Source: Macrostomum lignano
Lineage: Eukaryota
Direction: 5' to 3'
Length of the DNA: 64,000 nt
NCBI GenBank assembly: GCA_002269645.1
Contig: NIVC01001639.1
Coordinates: 192,202-256,201, forward strand
Part shown: piece by piece, positions 44,404 through 54,800 of the stretch
Layout of the letters: the number at the start of each line of letters is the position of its first letter
Numbering within the stretch: the stretch's first letter is position 1
Notes under the pieces: generated by a model
The model's database searches: none
What the model saw: only the letters and a program-made list of their open reading frames with translations
What the model was told of the DNA's origin: nothing
Translations under genes and position numbers: made by a program

Positions 44404-46187
44404 TTAATATATTTATCCTGCTAAGGAATGATGGAACAGCTCAAGCTTTGACTTTGATCAACCGCATGCCCTATATATACTACTAAAGCGTATATAGTTT
44501 TATGTGTAATGTTGATCTTGCGTCGAATGTCATACGGAAATACGGCGTGATAATTAATTTGCATAGCTGAACTGACCTGGGCTAGAACTGAGACTGAAGG
44601 TACTTGGTTGAATAGGTCTCTGCATCCAGTGGTGTAGACTGATTAGTTAATGCAGAAGAAAATTAACCTTCATTTTTAATTCTTGTGTACTACTATTAAT
44701 AATACTACTTCTAAGTAGTCTACCAGTTTCGTGGCTTTTCATTTCTACCTAACGTAATTAAACTAATAACTGATTTTCCCGTACTTTTTGTCTTGTATTA
44801 TTTTTCCCAAGCCTAATCTTTCATATTTTTGTGTTCCCTAAACATACTAATTTCTTGCGAGTGCCGACCCTAACCCGGCTTGCTACAAGTACGCACAGCA
44901 CTTATCAAGCTATTTTATTTCATTTTTGTACTTTAAACTGTCAGCCAATCGGCTCGCTTTGTCGATTTGTTTTTTTTTTCAAGATCGAAACTGCTGGCAA
45001 CATTTGGTTTGCTTTGCCGGGCAAGGCTACTTCAAAACTTTAATTCCGCAACAGCATATTAATACTTGTATTAATGCTACCATGCAAATTTGATTACTAT
45101 CCAAAACAGTAAAAATGCTTCCAAGAATTACGACTGTGACAAATTAAATAGTTATGCTCATTCTGCCTGTCTAGTCCCCCCCCTAGTTTGGCACAATCCC
45201 GTTGTTTTTTATTATCCTATATTCTGTTTGTATGGCAGATATATTTACTCCAGTTCCAGCTGTGTCTTTGCTACACCTGAAAGTCTCCATACTTAGTAGC
45301 TAGTGGATTGCTATATAGTTAGCTGTATTTTGGATATTCAGCAGTAATTTAGTCCATCTTCGCTTTTTGTGAAAGATTTATTTTATTGTTTAATTCCCCA
45401 AGTACTGCTAAGTGCGTACGTTGCAAATTCAAACCTGCAAAAATGCTTTGTAGCTCGTATCGCTTAGGTGTGTGCTAGCGCGTATGCAACCATCAGTGTA
45501 GAAAACTCTGGCATTTATACGTTATCCTAATACTAAAGCGTTACTTCAATTTATTTGCCTTATTTAGAGTACTTTTTCTATCTATTTTCTACTTCTATTG
45601 TTCGTATCAGTAGTAGTACTCGTAATAATACATACACGTGAAGGCAAAATAAATATACCTTACTATTATGAACAGCCAATTCATGGCTCTGATTCACTGT
45701 TGCCAGGAGCAGTAATCCAGCTAATATTTGTAAAATATTTTCCTTTTGTGCGTTTTCAGTTTGTTTCGCAGGTCTGAAACTAAATAAATACACATAAAGT
45801 TTTATTATAATAATACAAGTTGTTCTTTCATTGTTATTTTTCTGAAGTCAACGAGTTACTTAACTGATTTTTGCATTCCTTTTGCCTGCATGATTTGACA
45901 AGCAACCCCGACTAGAATTTTAATACACTCAATGCAAGAAGTTTTTAAAATTTGTATCACTGATTAGCTCGTGTGTTGCTTAAATGATCACTGATCAATA
46001 TCAATTTCGACCATAATTACGTGTGCGTGTATTGATTTTGCATGTATACCATCTATATGTGGTTGACTCAGAGTGGATTATAGTTTCAGGACAACAACGT
46101 GAGAAAAAACAGCATGGGATAGCTGATGCTGCACTATATTATGCATGTACATGTAGATATTTAGCAGACCATTTAAGACCTATAACT

Positions 46188-46275
46188 CAAGGGTGTCGCC
46201 ACGTGGGGGGGGGATGGGGATCATGTCCCCCCCCCCCCCGTGAAAGTCAATATTTTGCTTCAGGGCGACAAATAT
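46188..46275. mobile_element. Left part of a small hAT-like MITE interrupted by the LTR element (right part 57955-58120)
   Basis: Left end CAAGGGTGTCGCCA; right end TGTGACGCCCCTG at ~58108-58120 (reverse complement CAGGGGCGTCACA). The flanks match at only 5 of 8 positions. Confidence 0.4.
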
Positions 46276-47139
46276 TGATGTGTTCCTTATTACCCGACTT
46301 TCGATAATCAAGGAACAATCACTTCTAGCTCAACAGCTAGGCAACCCAGTAAGTCAAACGAAGGTATTCAATTACCTTTAATCCGGATTTGAATTTCTTG
46401 AGTAGTTCTCGCTAGGAACTTGTCAGTAGATCTCGTAGATCAGGCGCCTTGATTCTTCAGTTGCTCTGGTCCTGGTTCCTCTTGTACTTCCGATAAGTTC
46501 TTCCGGCCGGTATCTTCCGTCAGGACCAATCAGAGGCCTCGTAGCAACAATGGGTACCCTGCGCCAAACTGCGGTCTAAATTAAGCCTCCTTCTTCTAGC
46601 AGTGCCTCTATGCACTCTAGGTATAGCTCCGGAAACCACTGATAGTCCTCTAAGATCTATCAGGGGCAGTCCTTCTGGAGACTGCAACCAATGGAGTCTA
46701 AACAGACTCAAGAGTCTCAACAGACTCAATTAGACTCAAGTCTCAATAGACTTGAGCGAGACGTCTCTAACACAACGGGCGCAAATAAGGAAGGCTTACC
46801 GCAACAACTCGACCGAGTCTCGATTGACTTGGTAGATCAGGAAGTCCTCCTAAGGCTTCCTCTTCGGAGCGCTCCTCTTCCGTGGGGAGAATGGCTCCGG
46901 TACCGCTTCAGATCGCTTGTATTTATAGACAAGTTTTTGATCCAAAATAGTATCATGACAATTCACGTGTTGCGCTAAAAGGGGAAAATGGCTCATGGCG
47001 TATTATTCTGGTAACATCTTTTTCTGGTAGCGTGATTCATTCAAAGCTTAGGCGCACATGCGTGTACTTACTTACTTATAGTAGTATTATACGATTATCT
47101 TCTTTTTTCCTTTTTTAACGGGAGGTAGAACACTCTACA
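46276..47139 (-). repeat. 3' LTR (864 bp)
   Basis: Direct repeat of 57087-57950; no differences seen by eye, and both copies give identical ORF-track translations. Confidence 0.97.
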
Positions 47140-47142
47140 AAA

Positions 47143-47154
47143 TCTCCCTTTTTT
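47143..47154 (-). other. Polypurine tract AAAAAAGGGAGA
   Basis: Purine run 3 nt upstream of the 3' LTR on the element strand. Confidence 0.85.
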
Positions 47155-47381
47155 ACGAAAAAACTCGTCCCGAGTTTTAACAATGAAATAAAAATCTTGG
47201 GTAATTGAATTATTCCATACTTTAACTTTAAATTGGTTACATAATTCTCTTTATTAACATATATGCACGTAATATACATTGTGTGTTAATAAAGGTTAGT
47301 GGTGTTGAGTCCACGCTCAGTTAAAGTTAATCATGTCTTCTGCCGGGGATACCTGCTGTCCTCGCGCTGCTGCCGAGGCAT

Positions 47382-48014
47382 TCAGCCGAAGCTTGTCCTG
47401 AGCAGGCTGCTCACCTGATGCGTGGTTCGCGCCACCAGGGATGCCACTGCCCAGTACAGCGACTGAAACTTAGTGAATCGCGGATCCTCGGTCCGCTCCA
47501 GCAAAAGCAGATAGGCCTCTATGGTCGTAAGCGGTTCTGCTGTACGCACCATAGTCCTGGCGATGTCTAGTAACCACCGCCAGTCGGCCTGATGCTGAAG
47601 CGGCCATGGCCACGTTCGTACGGCGACGGCCAGCTGTTCCAGGGTTAGCTCATCCGGCTCCGCCAGCGTTAGCTCCGGTACGGCGAGCATCGGTGCCAGT
47701 AGTACGGATGCTGTGTTGGACAGCGGAGCCAGGCACACGGTGCACGTCATGATGTCTCGTGCACCGTACCGCTGAAGACAGCTGAAACACACCCAATGCC
47801 GATTTGAACAGAGTCGTACATTGGGCTGGTCGCCGCAAAGGGCACATTGGACCCGCGGTCTGCGACAGACGGGGCAGGCGGTAAGGATCGTCACGTCGCC
47901 AATTTCTCGCGCCCGCTCGTCGCAGGGGAAGCACACCTGGTGCCCCCATTCACAAGTCGGGAGCATCGGCTCCCGTGCCTCGAGGCAGCAGGGGCAGGTA
48001 TCCATCTCGGTCAT
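47382..48014 (-). CDS. Accessory double-RING protein B, 210 aa
   Basis: CPCC..C.WGH..C..C..CPVC followed by CALC..C..RH..C..C..CTVC gives two tandem RING-like Cys/His arrays. The ATG is directly preceded by CCCACAG, a possible splice acceptor. Confidence 0.8.
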   Translation of the reverse strand: MTEMDTCPCCLEAREPMLPTCEWGHQVCFPCDERAREIGDVTILTACPVCRRPRVQCALCGDQPNVRLCSNRHWVCFSCLQRYGARDIMTCTVCLAPLSNTASVLLAPMLAVPELTLAEPDELTLEQLAVAVRTWPWPLQHQADWRWLLDIARTMVRTAEPLTTIEAYLLLLERTEDPRFTKFQSLYWAVASLVARTTHQVSSLLRTSFG

Positions 48015-48084
48015 CTGTGGGCGATAGGTATAGGTATAGTTAGAATGATTGAGGATTATTCAAGATACGTAACAAGCATATGTT

Positions 48085-48753
48085 CTATCGGTGAGACCTA
48101 AAAAGCCAAATAAAATAGCTACGTGAGAGCACTAATCGTTTAAGCGCGTGGCAGTATACGTGTAGCGTCCAGTGAAATGATTCGTGGTCATGCAAAAACT
48201 GCCGCAACCGTCGCTCAATCTCCAAGGGTGACATATGACGCAAAAATCCTTGATTTCTATGAGCATATAATAGTAGCTGTCGTCGCGACCGCTGAACGAA
48301 GCGAGGTACAGGCCAAAACTCCAGCCGCCGTTCGATACTCATAGCGGTTAAGGTGTGCATAGTGTAAACGGATAAACAACGCGCTGGGTCAGGTATAATC
48401 CGACACCATTTCTTAAAAGTGTTTTCGCGGGGCATACTGTTACATAAGGGGCATCCTATAATGCCCCTACTAGCGGTTTGCTTCAAACAGTGCATGCAAA
48501 TAAAATGTTGGTGGTTACAATATTGAAACGTGCGCCAAGAATAACAATAGGCACATTGTCGCAAACTATCTCTACAGAGGGGACAACTCTGCCAGGGCTG
48601 AATATAGTGTGAATCACTTAAACATTGTCCGCAAACTTTATGTCCATTGATGCAAATAGTCGGTGGCTTGACAGCCAAGTCATCAGTTAAACATATCGGG
48701 CAGTCATATAGCTGCTGAGGCTGGGGCGCCTGTTTTGACAGTGCGTTGCCCAT
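48085..48753 (-). CDS. Accessory double-RING protein A, 222 aa, with N-terminal myristoylation motif
   Basis: The first ATG (48753) gives MGNALSK; the ORF-track start at 48765 is a TTG. CPIC..C.NGH..C..C..CPLC then CAYC..C..QH..C..C..CPLC; same layout as protein B. Confidence 0.8.
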   Translation of the reverse strand: MGNALSKQAPQPQQLYDCPICLTDDLAVKPPTICINGHKVCGQCLSDSHYIQPWQSCPLCRDSLRQCAYCYSWRTFQYCNHQHFICMHCLKQTASRGIIGCPLCNSMPRENTFKKWCRIIPDPARCLSVYTMHTLTAMSIERRLEFWPVPRFVQRSRRQLLLYAHRNQGFLRHMSPLEIERRLRQFLHDHESFHWTLHVYCHALKRLVLSRSYFIWLFRSHR

Positions 48754-48873
48754 AATTGTCGTCAATTTGTCGCTGTCTTTGTGTCGCTCGGATTAGTCGC
48801 CTTTTACGACAAGCTTGCGAAGCTGTAGTGCTATTCTTTATCCCGGTCACTACACGGGGTTGTTCTCTAAACT

Positions 48874-51800
48874 CTAGCGTGGTCGTAGGTTGTAGCCATG
48901 TGGCTGGCTCACATCTGTCGTTTGAGTCTCCTCGTGCTTCGTCGCGATGTGGCGGTTCGTTGAACGCGTGCGATCAGCGTTGTCTAATGTCGGTAGAAAC
49001 GTCGCTGTGTCAGTGTTGATCTTCTTTAGTCGATGAATGTGTACGTAGAACTGGTGCTGATGTGGATCTTGTACATTAGCCAGGCGTGCCGTTGTTGGTG
49101 ACGTTAGTTGGACCACTCGATAGGGTCCTTTGTACTTCTGTGCATGTTTATGCGTCTGCTGTGGCGGGTAGTGTAGGTAGACGATGTCGCCGGCCGTCAG
49201 GGTTGTCGATCTCGCGTCGTTGCCGGTGGTCAGAGCCACCTGGTTGTCAATGTTGTGCTTGGCGATCTTCCATGCGAGGTGTAGTTGCGTGACGAATTTC
49301 TGAATGGAAGTCGGTACTTCCACGTACTGCGATGGTAGCAATTGCTGTGCGAGCAGATTCGGCGGTTGGAAGTCTCGTCCAAACATTAGGAAGAATGGCG
49401 TATTGTCCGTTGATCGATGAATAGCGCTGTTGTAGGCCATTGTTACAGATTGCAGGTAGATGATCCAGTCTTCCGGCTGTTGGTGCGCGAAATGTGTAAT
49501 CATCTCGTGCAGGTTGCGGTGAAACCGTTCAACCATGTTTGCCTTCGGATTGTAGGTCGATGTGTAGATCTGCGTAATGTTGAGAATCCTTACGACTTGC
49601 TGAAACAGTTGCGATGTAAACTGCGATCCGTTGTCCGATGTGAGGTTCTTCGGCGTGCCGTACTTGCAAATGATTTCGTTGAAGAAACTCATTGCCACTG
49701 TCTGAGCTGTGATGTCCGGTATCGGTATGGCGATAGCAAACTTCGAGAAGATATCCAAGGCGGTTAGAATGTAGGTGTAGGCGATGCCCTGGAGACAGCT
49801 CGGTGGTAGCGGTCCGGTGATGTCGATGCTTAGACAGTCCATTGTAGTCGACTTCGGAATGGACTGTAGCTGCGGTTTCTGTCGTCGTCCTGTCTTTGAT
49901 GCAGCACATGAATGGCAGTTGTTGCAATACTGCTTGATGTCGCCGTACATAGTTGGCCAAAAGTAGTATTGTTCCACTCTCGCGATGGTCTTTGCTGCCG
50001 ACAGGTGTCCAGCGAGTGGGTTGTCGTGTAGCTCGTTGAGAATTGCTTGCCGAAACGAATATGGTATGTAGATCTTGGGTTTATTGTCGCTCATCCAGTA
50101 GAGCCGTGACTTATTGATTGTTAGGTGTTGTCGTTGCTTGCGTAGGAATTTTCGTTCCATGGGACTGAGTTTGATGTTCTTGTCGTCGTCTTTAACCGCT
50201 TGGTAGAAGTTGTCGCGCTCGGTTTCATCCACCAACTCCTTGATGTTAGGGATTGGATGAATGGCGTTGACTTCATAGGCTCTTGACAGGGCGTCCGCGG
50301 CTTTGTTGGTAATTCCTGGTTTGTAGACGAGTTTGTAGTTGTAATCCTGGATCTTGAGTGTCATTCTGATGAGTCGGTTGTTGGTCTGTCCTTTTGTAGT
50401 TACGACGTAGGTCAATGGTGCATGATCCGTGCGTACTATCGTCTGTATTGGAGAACCATAGATGTAGTAATGAAACTGTCGCAGGGCGAACAAGACTCCT
50501 AGTAGCTCTCGTTCCGTAGCTGACCACTTTGTTTCATTTGGTTTGAGTGCTCGACTGACGTAGGCAATAGGTCGTTCCTTCTTGTCCTCGGTTTCCTGTA
50601 GTAGGACTGCTCCGAGTCCCGTTCCTGAGGCGTCTGTCTCGATGATGAAGGGCTTGTCGAAGTCCGGATGCTGTAGCAGTGCGTCTGATGTCAGCTGTCG
50701 TTTGATTTCGTCGAAACTTTCCTGTTGTCTCTGTGTCCAGTTGTCTTGCTTCCATTTGTCGAACTTGAGCAGGTCGTACAGTGGCTTTGCTGTCTTTGCG
50801 AAGTTAGGTAAGAACTTCCTGAAGTATTGCGCAAGTCCAAGGAATGATTGGACCTTCGTTATACTGGTTGGCGTAGGAAACTTCTTCACCTTTTCCACGT
50901 TGTCTGGGTCCGGTGAGATTCCTTTGGCTGTCACCTGATGTCCCAGGTAACGCACGTTGTCTCGGAAGAATTTGCATTTAGTTGGTTGTAGCTTCAGACC
51001 TTGGCGTTGAATGAGCGCTAGGGCCTTCTCCGTAGCTTCGTAGAGTCGCTCGAAATCCTCTCCGTAGGCTAAAATGTCGTCGACATAGTGCAGCAGGTTC
51101 GTGCATCCTGCTAGCATGTATGCTGTTAGTCGACTCATCGTTGCTGGGCTGTTGCTAAGTCCCATCGGCGATCGATTGTACTCGTATACTTGTCCATTGT
51201 AGGTTTTGAAAGCCGTGTACTGTCGTGACTCTTTCTCGATTTCAATTTGCCAAAATCCATGACGTAGGTCGAACACCGTGAACAATTTTGCCGTGTTGAG
51301 CTTTGCTAGTAGTTCGGAGATCTTCGGTAGGCTTTGCTGATCCGTCGGTATGTACTTGTTCAACAGTCTGAAGTCGCATACGAGTCGTCTTTCGTTTGTC
51401 TCCTTCTTCTGTACCAGTAGGCACGGTGAGGAGTAAGCCGAAATAGCTTTGCTGATGATGCCGTGCTTTAGCATTTTATCGATGATTTCGTCAAAGTGTT
51501 GTTGCAGATGCTTGGCGATCGGGTACGGCTTGCACTGAATTGGTTCCGTGTGCGGCAGAAGTTTGATTTCCTGTTTGATGTCCTTGGCTCGTCCGATGTC
51601 GTAATCATGATGGCAGAAGGCTTCGTTGTACTTCCACAACAGCTGTCGAACTTTCCTCTTTTGCTGTTCCGTAATCGGGCTGTCATCCAAATTGATCTTC
51701 TTTTGAAATTCTTCCTCTGTTAGTCGTGGAGTCGCTTGTTCAATCAGCATAACCGATGCTTGGGTGTTGAGATGACCGATGCACATTCCTTGTCGTAGAT

Positions 51801-54800
51801 GAACCGTTTCTGTGTTCGGGTTGAAGATTTGTACTGGCAGTTGCTTATCCTTTGCAACCAGCACTAGTGCCGTAGGCATCATGATTTGATGTTTTGCCGT
51901 GACTCTCCTGTGTGGATCAAATATCATTGCTTCATCTGCCGCGCTGGTCGTTTTCGCTCTGACCCAGCATGCGCTTTCAGGCTGGATAATGACATCTTGC
52001 TGCAGAGTTACTTTCGGTAGTACTCGAATCTGGTTGATCAGCGGTTGCTCCACCGTGTCGATCCTAAACGTTTGCTTGTTGAAGTCGAAGGTCAATGGTA
52101 GTTGAAGCTGCTTGAACGTGTCGATTCCAACGATGACGTCTTGGTTTGGTAGTCTGTCGATGATGTACGTCGGGACCGTCAGCTGTTTATTAGCAATTTT
52201 CAAGTCGATATCTGCTTTTCCTAGGATGTTGAGTGAATGTCCTCCTGCTCCTGCAACTGCGATTGCTGCTGGTCGTACCGCGAGTCGTAGCTTGTTGCAT
52301 AATTGTTGCGAGATGACTGTGATCGAGCTGCCTGAATCCAGTAGTGCTCGACATGGCAAGTTGTTGACAATGACCTGAGCCATTGCTTTGCCAATCTCGG
52401 CGTGTAGCGTACAGACGTAGTTTTCCGGCCATTTTGGCTCGTGCTGTTCTGCTTGATAGTTGGGTGGTTGTATCCTTGGTGCCGTTGGTGTTGTCGGAAT
52501 CGATGGATATAGCCGCGTTGCTAGTGTCGGTTGCCCTTGAACCTCACAATGTGCAGTTTCTGTTAGTTCTAAACTGTTGTCGCTTTCCGTTGTCGTTCTT
52601 TGCATTATGGCATTCACTGTCTTCTTAGCTCTTGGACAAGTTTGACTGAAGCACCGTACGATCGATGAAATGATGAAGATTGCCGTGACAATCCACACAA
52701 TGCAAGCACCGTAGAAGATGAATCCTTGATAGAGACTGCCTCTTCCATTGAGCAGCTCCCAGAAGCTATTTGTCCAAAATGATTTGATGGCGCTGTCCAT
52801 TGAAACAAGGACGGGAAATCTTCCTGTCCCGGTTCCTTTGTCCTTTCTTGTGAACAGCTGGTGAATCATCTTGCGTTGGGTGATGAACGCTTGCAAGAAG
52901 TCGTTGATCGTCCATCCTGGTGTTATCTCGTCAAGTTGGATATCGGCGAATGGCGTATACTTCGTTCTGTTGAATCGGATTTTCAAATCCTCCATGTCGT
53001 AGTTTTCGTCGACGATTACTTCCGGTTCTGTGACGTTTGCTGTCGTTCCAGTTGTTTTGATGACGTGTAGTGCATTGTCCAGTTGATAGTAGTTTACTGC
53101 CGTGGTGCAAGGTCTCGGTATTGCGGTGCCAACGATGATGTTGTGTACCGTGTCCAAGAATCCCTGAATTCGTTTTCCTTCGTAGAACGCTTCAATCCTT
53201 GGCTTATCGTAGCAGGTTGTTGACGTGTTTGACGGCAAGATGTTAAAGTGCTGTATCGGCGTGCACTTGTATATCAACAGATGCTCGTATATTGGAACTG
53301 CCAAAACGTTCGTCATTCCGGTGATTTTACGAAAAGTCATCGTAGGGTTGACATAGTAGTTTTGTCTGGCATAATTTAAGTTGATTGCGTGCATTTTGCA
53401 AGTTAGCTGGACCAGTGTTCGATGCAAGTGGTTTAACTGGTTGTGTAGATTGTGATCCAAAGCCGTTATCTTTGCTGACAACAGCCGGTTTGACACCAGT
53501 TTGGGACGTTCGATGTCACGTCGTCTTCTATTCTGTTTTTCTTGTTGCTGATACGTTCCATTGATGATTGCCAAGAAGGTTTGTTTGTCTTCATCCTTTA
53601 CGTAGACTGGTATCTCTTGTTCCGAGATGAATAGTGTCTTGTCTGTATCCTTGCATTTCAGTTTTTGCTCGACTGGTTTCTTTTGAAACGTCAGTGCCAA
53701 GTCTCCTGACTTTGCCAAAAACGTATTTGACAGTAGTCCTCCTTCAACTGTGTGATACTTTTGAAGCTTGCAGTCAATTTCCGGCTCAACTTCCCACGCG
53801 AAGAAGTATTGTCGTGATTTGTACGGTTCCTCATAGTGTGATTGTGCTCTGTGCTCAATCTGCCATCGATAGTCTTGATGATATGTTGGACTCAGTGGTA
53901 GACTGTGTAGTTCTTCCTTCCGTAGAATCGGCGTTGGACACCATCCTTCACTGTATCGACATTCGCTTAGTTGCAGCTGTAACGATTCCATTTTCTCGTA
54001 CGGATTGTAGTAGAATGGAATATTTCTGATCAAGTAGCTGTTGCGTGCCATATATTCTTTCCATTTTCCGAAGAAGTGAATATATCGACCGTTGGCTGAA
54101 TTCTTTGTTCTGAACAGCTGTGCGTTGCCGACCTTCTCATCTGGTTCCAGTTCACCATCCTTTGAAAATAGTGTTTGATTCCATTGTAGGCATTCCGCGT
54201 GCGACACATGTAGCTCATGTTGTTTAAATCGGATCCGGTTCCATTGTCCGCGCCAAACTTTTTCCACCAGGTGCTTGTCTCTGAAGCATACTATCCCGTG
54301 TTGTCGATGCTTCTTGATGTTAGCCTTGTAGAGATCGAGTGTAATCTTCTTTGGTTTTGTCTGGTTTGTCTTGAAGTAACTGCATTTGATGTCGGTTGGT
54401 ATCTTGTAGATCATCGGTTGGATATGCGCATCCGTTGGACAAATCATTGGCTTTTCCGTTGCCGTTGCTTTGGCGACTACTGCTATCAGTAGTATCACGA
54501 TGATCCAGAATAGCCAGTTTTTCCACTTCTTGGATTTTGCCGTTGTCCTTGCTGGCATTGGCTGCGATCGCCATTCGTTATCTTCCATGTCCGCATCATA
54601 TTCTTTCGGTTGTTCCATTGGCTGATCCAGGCGGAAGGCTTCTGATTCGCTTTGCTTTTTGGTTATTTCATTATCTTCGTCTGCGGCTTCTTCCGATGTT
54701 TCCGTTGTTTCACTCCATTGCGTTTGGTATCTTTTCTCTGTCTTGTAGTCGACCGTTTGAATATAGGCTTCACCATTTCGTTTGTATCGGATCTCGTAGC

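Noticed and set aside
46520-46978. 69-aa and 95-aa ORFs duplicated at 57331-57789
   Set aside because: They lie inside the LTRs and are duplicated only because the LTR is. No recognisable motifs.
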